NCBI GenBank assembly: GCA_041655935.1 | Contig: JBBAEK010000006.1 | Span: 3,390-67,389 of the forward strand | Source: Eubacteriales bacterium | Lineage (GTDB): Bacteria; Bacillota; Clostridia; Oscillospirales; CAG-272 | DNA length: 64,000 nucleotides | Reading direction: 5' to 3' | Shown here: positions 53,529 through 62,762 of the stretch, piece after piece | How positions within the stretch are numbered: the first letter of the stretch is position 1 | Layout: each line of letters begins with the position of its first letter | The notes under the pieces: model-generated | What the model saw: only the letters and a program-made list of their open reading frames with translations | Database searches by the model: none | What the model was told of the DNA's origin: nothing | Position numbers and translations under genes: made by a program

Positions 53529-53912
53529 ATGATGGCAATCAGAAGCGGCTTGAAGTACACCAAAACACATGAATGGGTGGAATTTACTGATGAAAAAACA
53601 GCGAAAATCGGCTTAACCGATTTTGCGCAAAAAGCTCTCGGGGACCTGGTGTTTGTCAATTTGCCCGAGGCAGGAAACGCGATTACTGCCGGCGAATCCT
53701 TTGCGGACGTGGAATCGGTCAAAGCCGTATCCGACGTATACAGCCCCGTCACCGGTACCATTGAATCGGTGAACGAAGATTTGCTTGATGCCCCCGAGAA
53801 CATCAACAGCGCCCCCTATGACAGCTGGTTCATCGTGGTGGGCGATATCACCGACAAAGTCGAACTGTTAGACGCCGCAGAATATGAAAAACTCTGCGCC
53901 GAGGAGGCATAG
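53529..53912 (+). CDS. gcvH: Glycine cleavage system H protein
   Basis: The sequence [10 protein letters not shown] is present, and the lipoyl-lysine motif is [15 protein letters not shown]. Confidence 0.95.
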   Translation: MMAIRSGLKYTKTHEWVEFTDEKTAKIGLTDFAQKALGDLVFVNLPEAGNAITAGESFADVESVKAVSDVYSPVTGTIESVNEDLLDAPENINSAPYDSWFIVVGDITDKVELLDAAEYEKLCAEEA

Positions 53913-53915
53913 CGC

Positions 53916-55241
53916 ATGGGCGGCTATACCCCGGTGACCGACAATGAAAAACGGGAGATGCTGGATAAAATCGGCGCCTCCGGCGTCAGCGATTTGTTCT
54001 GTGCCATTCCCGAAGAGGTGAAAATCGACAGCCTCAATATACCGGAAGGAAAATCCGAGCTGGAAGTTCTTTGCGATATGGAAAGGCTTGCGGCCAAAAA
54101 TAAAGTGTTCGCCTCTGTTTTTCGTGGCGCGGGCGCTTATCACCACTTTATCCCGCCGCTTGTCAGGAGCATTGTCGCCAAAGAAGAGTTTTTAACCGCC
54201 TATACCCCCTATCAGGCGGAGATCAGCCAGGGGCTTTTGCAGGGCATTTTTGAGTTCCAAACCATGATCTGCGAGCTGACCGGCATGGATGTCTCCAACG
54301 CCTCGGTGTACGACGGAGCCACCGCGACCGCGGAGGCGGTGACCATGTGCCGTGATAAAAAGCGCACCAAGATCATTCTGTCCGCGGCCTTGCATCCCAT
54401 GACCGTCGCGACCGTCCAGACCTATTGCGGCGACTGTGAGATTGTCACAGCGCCTGTCCGGGACGGGAAAACAGACCTCACGGCGCTCCGCCGGCTGGTA
54501 GGCGAGGATACCGCCTGTGTGTGCGTACAGCAGCCCAACTTTTACGGGATGATCGAGGATGCCGATGCCATCGGGGAAGCGGTCCACAGCGCCGGCGCCA
54601 AATTCATCATGGCCGTCAACCCCATCGCCGCGGCGATTCTGACCCCCCCCGGGGACTGCGGCGCCGATATCGCCGTGGGTGAAGGACAGCCTTTGGGGAT
54701 GCCGCTTTCTTTCGGCGGCCCCTATCTGGGATTTATGGCCTGCACTGACGCCATGATGAGAAAGCTCCCGGGCAGAATCGTCGGCGAAACCCTGGACAGA
54801 AACGGAAAACGAGCGTTTGTGTTAACCATGCAGGCAAGAGAGCAACATATCCGGCGCGAGAAAGCGTCGTCCAATATCTGCTCGAACCAGGCGCTTTGCG
54901 CGCTGACCGCGTCGGTCTATCTGTCCTGTATGGGCGCGTCCGGGCTTCAAAAAACGGCTGAACTATGCGTCTCCAAAGCGCATTACGCCGCCGAGCAACT
55001 CTGCTCCGTCAAAGGCTTCACCTTGAAACATACGGGTGAATTCTTTCACGAGTTCGTCACCGTTTGCCCGGTGGATGCAAACATTCTTTTACATCAGCTT
55101 GAAGAGCGGGATATCCTGGGCGGCTATCGGCTGAGTGAGCGCGAGATACTCTGGTGCGTCACCGAAATGAATTCAAAAGAGCAGATCAATGCTCTGGTAG
55201 CGGCAGTGAAGGAGGTGTGCCTCAGTGAAACTGATTTTTGA
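53916..55241 (+). CDS. gcvPA: Glycine dehydrogenase (aminomethyl-transferring) subunit 1
   Basis: The sequence FLTAYTPYQAEISQGLLQGIFEFQTMICELTGMDVSNASVYDGATA is present. Confidence 0.95.
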   Translation: MGGYTPVTDNEKREMLDKIGASGVSDLFCAIPEEVKIDSLNIPEGKSELEVLCDMERLAAKNKVFASVFRGAGAYHHFIPPLVRSIVAKEEFLTAYTPYQAEISQGLLQGIFEFQTMICELTGMDVSNASVYDGATATAEAVTMCRDKKRTKIILSAALHPMTVATVQTYCGDCEIVTAPVRDGKTDLTALRRLVGEDTACVCVQQPNFYGMIEDADAIGEAVHSAGAKFIMAVNPIAAAILTPPGDCGADIAVGEGQPLGMPLSFGGPYLGFMACTDAMMRKLPGRIVGETLDRNGKRAFVLTMQAREQHIRREKASSNICSNQALCALTASVYLSCMGASGLQKTAELCVSKAHYAAEQLCSVKGFTLKHTGEFFHEFVTVCPVDANILLHQLEERDILGGYRLSEREILWCVTEMNSKEQINALVAAVKEVCLSETDF

Positions 55242-56661
55242 AAAAAGCACGCAGGGGCATGCTTGCTCCTTGTTGCCCGACAGCGATGTCGGCAGCTACC
55301 GTCTGCCGCAACAGTTGCTCAGGCCTTCGGCACCCAGGCTGCCGCAGCTTGCCGAGATTGAAATCGCCCGCCATTTTACCGCTCTGGCAGAGCAGGTGCA
55401 CGGAGTGAACAACGGATTTTATCCTTTGGGCTCCTGCACCATGAAATACAATCCGAAAATCAATGAGGAAGTGGCAAGTTTCCCCGGCTTCACCAAGATT
55501 CACCCGCTGCAACCCGAGGAAAGCGCGCAGGGCTGTTTGGAGGCGATGTATCAGGCGCAACAATACCTGTGCGAGATCACGGGGATGGATGCCATCAGCC
55601 TGCAGGGTGCCGCGGGGGCTCACGGGGAGTTTGCGGGGTGGCTGCTGATCAAAGCGTATCACCACTCCAGGGGGGACACGGGGCGAAAGAAAATCATCGT
55701 ACCGGATTCCGCCCACGGCACCAATCCGGCGTCTGCCGCGATGGCGGGGTTTGATGTCGTCAACATTCCTTCGGATGACAAAGGTTGCGTGGACCTGGAG
55801 CGGCTGCGTGAGATCGCCGGAGCAGACACCGCCGGCTTAATGCTGACCAACCCCAACACCGTCGGTATCTTCGACTCGAATATTCTGAAGATTACGGAGA
55901 TCATCCATGACGCTGGCGGACTGGTGTACTACGACGGCGCCAACCTCAATGCCGTGGCGGGCATCGTCCGCCCCGGCGATATGGGCTTTGACGTAATCCA
56001 TTTAAACCTGCATAAAACCTTTTCCACCCCCCACGGCGGCGGAGGCCCCGGCGCCGGACCTGTGGGTTGTAAAGACATATTGACACCGTTCCTGCCTTCG
56101 CCGGTCGTTTCCGAGGAAAACGGGAGATACTTTTTCTCTGACAGCACGGCTTCCATCGGGCGGATGAAATCCTTTTACGGTCATTTTCTGGTCATCCTCC
56201 GGGCTTTGACTTATATCAAGGTGTTGGGCGCGACAGGGATCAGACAGGCTTCCGAGCATGCGGTGCTGAATGCCAACTACCTGAAAAGCTGCCTGGAGGG
56301 TGTGTATGACGTGGCTTATCAGGGCTTTTGCATGCATGAGTTTGTGCTCACCCTGGAACGAACGAAAAAGGAAACCGGTGTATCGGCGCTCGATATCGCC
56401 AAGGCGCTGTTAGACTACGGGATGCATCCGCCGACCATGTATTTCCCGCTGATTGTTCATGAGGCTTTGATGTTTGAGCCGACAGAAACGGAGTCGAAAG
56501 AGACGCTGGACGAGGCAGCAAAGATATTGATAGATATCTATCAGCTGGCACGGGAAAATCCGCAAGCGCTGCATGAGATGCCGCAGAAAACGCCTGTCAG
56601 CAGGCCGGACGAGGTGGCGGCGGCCAGGAACCCCAGGCTCAGATTCAACTTTCACGCCTGA
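55225..56661 (+). CDS. gcvPB: Glycine dehydrogenase (aminomethyl-transferring) subunit 2
   Basis: The PLP region reads HLNLHKTFSTPHGGGGPGAGPVG. The start is a GTG at 55225, which lies 9 nt after GGAGG. Confidence 0.95.
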   Translation: MKLIFEKSTQGHACSLLPDSDVGSYRLPQQLLRPSAPRLPQLAEIEIARHFTALAEQVHGVNNGFYPLGSCTMKYNPKINEEVASFPGFTKIHPLQPEESAQGCLEAMYQAQQYLCEITGMDAISLQGAAGAHGEFAGWLLIKAYHHSRGDTGRKKIIVPDSAHGTNPASAAMAGFDVVNIPSDDKGCVDLERLREIAGADTAGLMLTNPNTVGIFDSNILKITEIIHDAGGLVYYDGANLNAVAGIVRPGDMGFDVIHLNLHKTFSTPHGGGGPGAGPVGCKDILTPFLPSPVVSEENGRYFFSDSTASIGRMKSFYGHFLVILRALTYIKVLGATGIRQASEHAVLNANYLKSCLEGVYDVAYQGFCMHEFVLTLERTKKETGVSALDIAKALLDYGMHPPTMYFPLIVHEALMFEPTETESKETLDEAAKILIDIYQLARENPQALHEMPQKTPVSRPDEVAAARNPRLRFNFHA

Positions 56662-56714
56662 AACCTGCAAAAGGGCACCGGTGGCATATACCGTATGCAA
56701 AGAAAAAGGAGCGC

Positions 56715-56740
56715 TTTGATATAGGGAGCCCTATATCAAA
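56715..56740. repeat. Perfect 12-bp-arm inverted repeat between gcvPB and lplA
   Basis: TTTGATATAGGG (56715-56726), then AG, then CCCTATATCAAA (56729-56740). Confidence 0.9.
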
Positions 56741-56750
56741 CAACGTGGAT

Positions 56751-57749
56751 ATGATACGCAAAGCACGGTATATCATCGCGGAGGGATACGTGCCTTTTCC
56801 CAATATGGCGCTGGAAGAATACCTGCTCCTGCAGGTAGGGCCGGACGAATGTATTCTGTATCTGTGGCAGAATAAAAACACGGTGGTCATCGGCAGAAAT
56901 CAAAACTGCTGGAAAGAATGCAGGGTTGCCCAGCTGGAAGAAAGCGGCGGATACGTCGCCCGCCGCCTGTCGGGCGGCGGGGCGGTTTTCCACGATACAG
57001 GCAATCTAAACTTTACATTTTTAGCCCGCAAGGCTGCCTATGATGTCCCCCGACAGACAGAGGTCATCCTGAGAGCGGTCTCCTCCTTTGGCATTGATGC
57101 CCGCCGCTCCGGCAGAAACGACATCACGGTAGACGGCAGAAAATTCTCCGGCAACGCGTTTTATCAGACGGGAGACCGTTGCTATCACCACGGGACCATT
57201 CTGATCAATGCCGACATCCCCATGCTGTCGCATTACCTCCATGTTTCCGCAGAGAAGCTCAGGTCAAAGGGTGTCGACTCGGTGAAATCGCGTGTGGTCA
57301 ATCTCTGCGACATCAACCCCGACATCACGGTCGAGAAGATGAAAGCGCGCCTGATCACCGCCTTTGAGGAGGTGTACGGTGTCACGCCGGAGCCCATCGG
57401 CAGGGATGAAATCAACCAGGCCGAACTCGAAAGACTGACGCAAAAGTTTTCCGATGATACCTGGCGATTCGGTCGTCCCATCCCATTCACGTGTCAGTTA
57501 GAGAAAAGGTTTGCCTGGGGCGAGATACAACTGCAGTTACACGTGCACGGCGGGCAGATTGTTGAGGCAGCCGTATTTTCCGATGCCATGAACGCCGAGC
57601 TCATTTCCCGGATTCCCGCCGCCTTGCAAGGGGTTTTCTTTTCGTCCGATCTCCTTTCCGAGGCATTGGGGCAGATCAGTTGCGCGGATGAGGCTGAGCG
57701 TGACATGACAAGCGACATCAAGAATTTGATAAAGGAGCAGGAATTTTGA
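56751..57749 (+). CDS. lplA: Lipoate-protein ligase A
   Basis: The sequence NMALEEYLLLQV...ILYLWQNKNTVVIGRNQNCWKECR...RRLSGGGAVFHDTGNLNFTF is present. The start is ambiguous: ATG at 56751 or GTG at 56745, both with a weak SD. Confidence 0.9.
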   Translation: MIRKARYIIAEGYVPFPNMALEEYLLLQVGPDECILYLWQNKNTVVIGRNQNCWKECRVAQLEESGGYVARRLSGGGAVFHDTGNLNFTFLARKAAYDVPRQTEVILRAVSSFGIDARRSGRNDITVDGRKFSGNAFYQTGDRCYHHGTILINADIPMLSHYLHVSAEKLRSKGVDSVKSRVVNLCDINPDITVEKMKARLITAFEEVYGVTPEPIGRDEINQAELERLTQKFSDDTWRFGRPIPFTCQLEKRFAWGEIQLQLHVHGGQIVEAAVFSDAMNAELISRIPAALQGVFFSSDLLSEALGQISCADEAERDMTSDIKNLIKEQEF

Positions 57750-59104
57750 TGACTGACTTCGATTTGATGGTCATCGGCGCGGGACCGGGCGGCTATACGG
57801 CCGCTCTGAAAGCGGCGCAACTGGGGCTCAGGACCGCGGTGATTGAAAACAGCGAGGTCGGGGGCACCTGCCTGAACAGGGGCTGCATTCCCACCAAGAC
57901 TTTACTCCACGCCGCGGAGCTGCTGCACGAACTGAAAAACGGCGACGAATTCGGCATCAGTGCCGAACACGTCACCTGCGATATCGACAAGCTGTATCAA
58001 AGAAAAAACGAGGTGGTCTCTCAACTCCGGGGCGGTATCGAATTCCTTTTTCAATCAAAAAAGGTGGAACTCATCCGCGGCACAGCCAAAATTCTCGGAG
58101 CGGGTGTCGTTCTTGTCGATCACAAAGAATACTCCTGTTCTCACATGCTGATTGCCACAGGTTCGGTTCCTTCCATCCCGCCCATCCCGGGCGCGAACCT
58201 GCCCGGGGTGGTGACCAGCGACCATTTTCTGGCCGCGGAGGGCGCGCGTTTCCAAAAGCTCGTGATTCTGGGCGGCGGCGTCATCGGCATGGAATTCGCG
58301 ACCATCTGCAATTTTTTAGGCTCCAACGTGACTGTCATTGAAGCCGAAAGCCGTATTTTGCCCAATTTCGACCGGGAGATCTCACAGAACCTGAGCATGA
58401 TTTTGAAAAAACGAGGGGTGGAGATCCTCACCGGCGCCCTCGCCGAAAAGATAGAGGACACCGGCGGATTGACGATGCATTACACGCAAGGCGGCAAAAG
58501 CTTGCATGTCGGGGCCGACTGTATACTGATCGCCACGGGCAGACGGGCGAATACTGCCGGGCTGTTGTCGGAAGGCGTAGACCTGCAAACCGAGCGGGGG
58601 CAGATTCCGGTGAACTCGTCATTTGAAAGTTGTATCAAAGGGATCTATGCCATCGGAGACGTGATACGGGGCGGCGTCCAGCTTGCGCACGCCGCGTCCG
58701 CTCAGGGGATCAACGCCGTGCACGCGATGTGCGGCAAAACGCCGCCTGTCAATTTGCACCTAATCCCCTCGTGCGTCTATACCACCCCCGAAATTGCCTG
58801 TGTCGGGCTGAGCGAGGAACAGGCGAAAAAAAGCGGTCTCAACGTAAAAACAGGCAAACACCTCATGTCCGCGAACGGTAAATCCGTGTTGACCGGGGCT
58901 GACCGCGGATTTGTCAAACTCGTCATAGACGGGGATACCGACCGTATCATCGGCGCCCAGCTCATGTGCAGCCGCGCGACCGACATGATAGCTGAGTTGT
59001 CCCTTGCCATCGCAAACGGCCTGACAAGAGAGCAGCTGGCGTCGGTGATTCATCCGCACCCGACATTCAGCGAGGGGATCTTTGAGGCCGCCGAGCATGT
59101 GTAA
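57749..59104 (+). CDS. lpdA: Dihydrolipoyl dehydrogenase (L protein / E3)
   Basis: The FAD motif is VIGAGPGGYTAA and the redox disulfide is GGTCLNRGCIPTK. The ATG at 57749 overlaps the lplA TGA by 1 nt. Confidence 0.9.
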   Translation: MTDFDLMVIGAGPGGYTAALKAAQLGLRTAVIENSEVGGTCLNRGCIPTKTLLHAAELLHELKNGDEFGISAEHVTCDIDKLYQRKNEVVSQLRGGIEFLFQSKKVELIRGTAKILGAGVVLVDHKEYSCSHMLIATGSVPSIPPIPGANLPGVVTSDHFLAAEGARFQKLVILGGGVIGMEFATICNFLGSNVTVIEAESRILPNFDREISQNLSMILKKRGVEILTGALAEKIEDTGGLTMHYTQGGKSLHVGADCILIATGRRANTAGLLSEGVDLQTERGQIPVNSSFESCIKGIYAIGDVIRGGVQLAHAASAQGINAVHAMCGKTPPVNLHLIPSCVYTTPEIACVGLSEEQAKKSGLNVKTGKHLMSANGKSVLTGADRGFVKLVIDGDTDRIIGAQLMCSRATDMIAELSLAIANGLTREQLASVIHPHPTFSEGIFEAAEHV

Positions 59105-59144
59105 CCCCCTCTTTGATGAATGATTTTTTCTCTCCGAGATAAGA

Positions 59145-59181
59145 AAAAGCCTTGAAACCACCGGTTTTCAAGGCTTTTTTG
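59145..59181 (+). terminator. Rho-independent terminator of the gcv-lplA-lpdA operon
   Basis: GCCTTGAAA (59149-59157) pairs with TTTCAAGGC (59166-59174), and T6 follows. Confidence 0.75.
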
Positions 59182-59216
59182 GCGGCGCCGACGGCCGCAA
59201 ACATAGATTGCCAATT

Positions 59217-59533
59217 AGAGTCTGTTCACACTCATTGGCAAACGACATTCAGCGTGATATAATTCTAATGGTCAGAGCATAGGAGGGCGACAATATGCGC
59301 TCTAAAGCAACTGAAACAGGACATATCCCTGTTGTGCCCCAAAAGCAACCAGCAAAGATCCATGGGCGTACCATAAGGATCGATATAAACAAAGAAATGA
59401 AATAGAGCGGTATTTCCTTCGCCTTAAACGCTTTCGCACAATCTTTACTCGATATGATAAACTCGATGTTTTATTTTGCGGCTTTGTTTATTTTGCTATG
59501 ATGATTGACGCATGATGAGTGTGAGCAGACTCT
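59217..59533 (+). mobile_element. Internally deleted IS5-family insertion-sequence remnant bounded by 18-bp inverted repeats
   Basis: The left repeat AGAGTCTGTTCACACTCA (59217-59234) matches the reverse complement of the right repeat TGAGTGTGAGCAGACTCT (59516-59533) at 17 of 18 positions. The interior encodes only a transposase C-terminus. Confidence 0.7.
59295..59515 (+). pseudogene. IS5-family DDE transposase C-terminal fragment with a frameshift
   Basis: One frame reads MRSKATETGHIPVVPQKQPAK. A shifted frame reads DPWAYHKDRYKQRNEIERYFLRLKRFRTIFTRYDKLDVLFCGFVYFAMMIDA*, which carries the IS5-type YKxRNxIERxFxxLKxFRxIxTRYDK signature. The catalytic N-terminal two thirds are absent. Confidence 0.7.
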
Positions 59534-59573
59534 GTAGTAGACCCATTGTTAGATCTGACATAAAATGAAAATT

Positions 59574-59605
59574 GTGGTCTGGACAAAATTGTCCAGACCA
59601 CTTTT
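59574..59605. terminator. Bidirectional rho-independent terminator after ugd
   Basis: A perfect 12-bp stem pairs GTGGTCTGGACA (59574-59585) with TGTCCAGACCAC (59590-59601) around the loop AAAT. TTTT follows on the plus strand and an A/T-rich tail follows on the minus strand. Confidence 0.8.
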
Positions 59606-59607
59606 CG

Positions 59608-60792
59608 TTAATCTCTAAAATACAGATCTCTTGTATATACCTTGTCGAGCACATCGGTGAGATCTTCATTATTTCGGTTAGCAAGTATGACATCGCAGGT
59701 AGACTTGAACTCGTCAAGATCGCGAATGACGCGGCTGTTGAAGAAAGCATCTTCTTTCATTGTCGGCTCGTAGATTACAACCTCAATGCCCTTCGCCTTG
59801 ATGCGTTTCATAACACCCTGAATAGACGATTGACGAAAATTATCCGAACCGGCTTTCATGGTCAAACGATACACGCCGACCGTTTTCGGGTGTTTGGCAA
59901 TGATGGAATCGGCAATGAAATCCTTACGGGTACTGTTCGCGGCAACGATAGCGGAAATGATGTTTTCCGGCACGTCTTTATAATTGGCAAGAAGCTGCTT
60001 GGTGTCCTTTGGCAGGCAATATCCGCCATAACCAAATGAGGGGTTGTTGTAGTGACTGCCGATACGCGGATCAAGGCAAACGCCTTCGATAATAGACTTG
60101 GTGTCAAGTCCACGCACCTGTGCGTAGGTGTCAAGTTCGTTGAAATAGGACACGCGGAGAGCGAGATATGTATTGGCGAAGAGCTTGACTGCTTCGGCTT
60201 CGGTCGGGTTCATGAAACGGACTTCAACATTCTCCTTGATAGCCCCCTCCTGCAACAGCTCTGCGAATGTATGAGCCGCTTTTTCAAGGCGCTTATTTCC
60301 AACGGGAACACCGACAACAATTCTTGAAGGATAGAGGTTATCGTATAACGCCTTACCTTCGCGCAAGAACTCAGGGCTAAACAGAATATTGTCGCAACTA
60401 TAACGCACGCGGACTTCCTCTGTAAATCCTACGGGAACGGTGGATTTGACAATCATCACCGCATCGGGGTTGACGGCAATCACCTGCTCTATGACTGATT
60501 CCACGGAAGAAGTGTCAAAATAGTTCTTTGTGCTATCGTAATTGGTAGGGGTGCTGATGATGACAAACTGCGCTTCTCGGTAGGCGCTATCTCCGTCCGT
60601 CGTAGCTTTGAGATTTAGGTCCTTTGCAGCAAGGTATTCTTCAATTTCCTTGTCCACAACGGGACTCTTATGGTCGTTGATGAGGTCAACCTTTGCCGGG
60701 ATGATGTCCACGGCGGTGACTTCGTTGTGCTGGCTTAATAAAGTGGCGATGGAAAGACCGACATAGCCGGTTCCGGCGACTGCGATTTTCAT
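59608..60792 (-). CDS. ugd: UDP-glucose 6-dehydrogenase (nucleotide-sugar dehydrogenase)
   Basis: The sequences [35 protein letters not shown] and GGYCLPKDT (catalytic cysteine) are present. Confidence 0.9.
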   Translation of the reverse strand: MKIAVAGTGYVGLSIATLLSQHNEVTAVDIIPAKVDLINDHKSPVVDKEIEEYLAAKDLNLKATTDGDSAYREAQFVIISTPTNYDSTKNYFDTSSVESVIEQVIAVNPDAVMIVKSTVPVGFTEEVRVRYSCDNILFSPEFLREGKALYDNLYPSRIVVGVPVGNKRLEKAAHTFAELLQEGAIKENVEVRFMNPTEAEAVKLFANTYLALRVSYFNELDTYAQVRGLDTKSIIEGVCLDPRIGSHYNNPSFGYGGYCLPKDTKQLLANYKDVPENIISAIVAANSTRKDFIADSIIAKHPKTVGVYRLTMKAGSDNFRQSSIQGVMKRIKAKGIEVVIYEPTMKEDAFFNSRVIRDLDEFKSTCDVILANRNNEDLTDVLDKVYTRDLYFRD

Positions 60793-60944
60793 AGATGTAT
60801 ATCACCTTAAAGTATTCAGTTGATTTTTTTTGCGTTTTCCGCAGACGCTACCTCGATTTCCCGTGTATCTGTCTTTGGATAAACTGAATGCTATCGGTCA
60901 GTCCCTTTGGATATATGGCAACCTCACAACAGCAGAATTGTGTT

Positions 60945-62018
60945 TCAGATTTTATAGAAATTTTTATACCACTCCGCAAATCTACGAAGTCCTGAGCGGA
61001 GGGTTGTATTCGGCTTAAATTCCATATCCGCTTCCAGTGCGGTAGTATCGGCATACGTCACCGGAACATCCCCCGGTTGCATGGGAACGAGCTTTTTGTG
61101 CGCTTCAAAGTCGTAATCGGCGGGCAGGACTTCGGCACGGATAAGCTCCTCCTGCAATATCGTCACGAAATCAAGCAGATTTTCGGGGCTGTTATTGCCG
61201 ATATTATAGACGCGGTACGGGGGAACGGGCAGTCCGTCCTCTCCGTTCTTTTTCTCGGGTGCACGTTGCATAACGCGCTTGACACCCTCAACTATATCGT
61301 CAACATAGGTAAAGTCGCGCTTGCAGTTTCCGTAGTTGAAAATCTGAATCGTGTCGCCCTTGAGGAGTTTATTGGTGAATTCGAAATATGCCATATCGGG
61401 ACGACCTGCGGGACCGTAAACCGTGAAGAAACGAAGTCCCGTAGACGGAATGTTATAAAGCTTTGAGTAAGCGTGAGCCATCAGCTCGTTGCTCTTTTTT
61501 GTTGCCGCGTACAGGCTGACAGGGTTATCTACCTTATCGTCTGTCGAGTACGGAACCTTTTTGTTTGAGCCGTATACCGAAGACGAAGACGCATATACAA
61601 GATGCTCGACAGGATAATTGCGGCATGCCTCCAGAATGTTATAGAATCCGATGAGGTTCGATTCGATATACACATCGGGGTTGGTAATGGAATAGCGGAC
61701 ACCAGCCTGCGCCGCGAGGTTGACCACAACCGCTGGCTTGTATGCTTCAAAAATGTTTGTGATTGCTTCCTTATCGGCAATATTGCCCTTGACGAAAATC
61801 CACTTGGACGCGGGTTTCTCTCCGGCAAGCTTTTCAATCTCGGCAAGGCGGTACTCCTTGATGGACACATTGTAATAGTCGTTCATGTTGTCGATACCGA
61901 TAACGGTCACATGTTCGACTGTACGGAGAAGCTCCATGACGAGATTTGAGCCGATGAATCCTGCGGCTCCGGTGACAAGAATTGTCTTGTTTTCGAGTTC
62001 AATATTGGGTGCTAACAT
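60945..62018 (-). CDS. NAD-dependent epimerase/dehydratase, UDP-glucuronate 4-epimerase-like
   Basis: The sequences ILVTGAAGFIGSNLVMELL, IDNMNDYYNVSIKEYRL, YAATKKSNE (YxxxK) and GLRFFTVYGPAGRPDMA are present. Confidence 0.85.
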   Translation of the reverse strand: MLAPNIELENKTILVTGAAGFIGSNLVMELLRTVEHVTVIGIDNMNDYYNVSIKEYRLAEIEKLAGEKPASKWIFVKGNIADKEAITNIFEAYKPAVVVNLAAQAGVRYSITNPDVYIESNLIGFYNILEACRNYPVEHLVYASSSSVYGSNKKVPYSTDDKVDNPVSLYAATKKSNELMAHAYSKLYNIPSTGLRFFTVYGPAGRPDMAYFEFTNKLLKGDTIQIFNYGNCKRDFTYVDDIVEGVKRVMQRAPEKKNGEDGLPVPPYRVYNIGNNSPENLLDFVTILQEELIRAEVLPADYDFEAHKKLVPMQPGDVPVTYADTTALEADMEFKPNTTLRSGLRRFAEWYKNFYKI

Positions 62019-62753
62019 TTATTTAATACCTCCGTATTCTTTCTGTACCGCATCGTAGCTTGCAAGGTTCCCAATATCGTAGCGTTTGCCCGGCATTTCC
62101 ATTGCGTGAACGGTCGTTTGTTTGCACAGCCATGCGATGTAACTTCCGGGCGCGTCGGTGCCGCAACCCGATTCGATGCCTTTTCTGACGAGCCTTGCGT
62201 CCTCTCTCGTGTAATAATAGAAAGGCGGCGTACACCAATTCGTTGCGGGATTCGGTGACTTCTCGGTCATATCTATGATTTTATCGTTTCCGTCAACCGT
62301 CACAACACCGCATTTGAGCAGTTTCTTCTCAGACGGCTCATAGTAGCGCATGACACACGATGTCTTCTTCTTTTGCGCATATGTCATAAACTTTGTCAGA
62401 CTGAAATCAAGCACATTATCTCCGGCGATCACCAGCATATCGTCATCCAGTCCCAATTCGTCAATGGCAAACTGAATGTCGCAGACCGCGCCGAGGCGGG
62501 TTTCGTTGGTAGATGTTCCGTCGTCCACAACGGTAATTTTCTGCTTTTTCCTGTCTGCCCACTTTTGAAAGTGTGATGCGAACTTGTGATTTGATATCAC
62601 AACATATTCGTCGACCGCTCCGAGCGCGTCTATATCGTCAATCAGCCAATCAAGGATGGTTTTCTCCCCAACTGTGAGAAGTGGCTTCGGGAAGTTTTCG
62701 GTCAATGGGTAAAGCCGTGTTGCATATCCGGCGGCTAAAATCAGACATTTCAT
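62019..62753 (-). CDS. Sugar-phosphate nucleotidyltransferase
   Basis: The sequence MKCLILAAGYATRLYPLTENFPKPLLTVGEKTILDWLIDD is present. The stop abuts the epimerase ATG. Confidence 0.85.
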   Translation of the reverse strand: MKCLILAAGYATRLYPLTENFPKPLLTVGEKTILDWLIDDIDALGAVDEYVVISNHKFASHFQKWADRKKQKITVVDDGTSTNETRLGAVCDIQFAIDELGLDDDMLVIAGDNVLDFSLTKFMTYAQKKKTSCVMRYYEPSEKKLLKCGVVTVDGNDKIIDMTEKSPNPATNWCTPPFYYYTREDARLVRKGIESGCGTDAPGSYIAWLCKQTTVHAMEMPGKRYDIGNLASYDAVQKEYGGIK

Positions 62754-62762
62754 GTTGCTACC

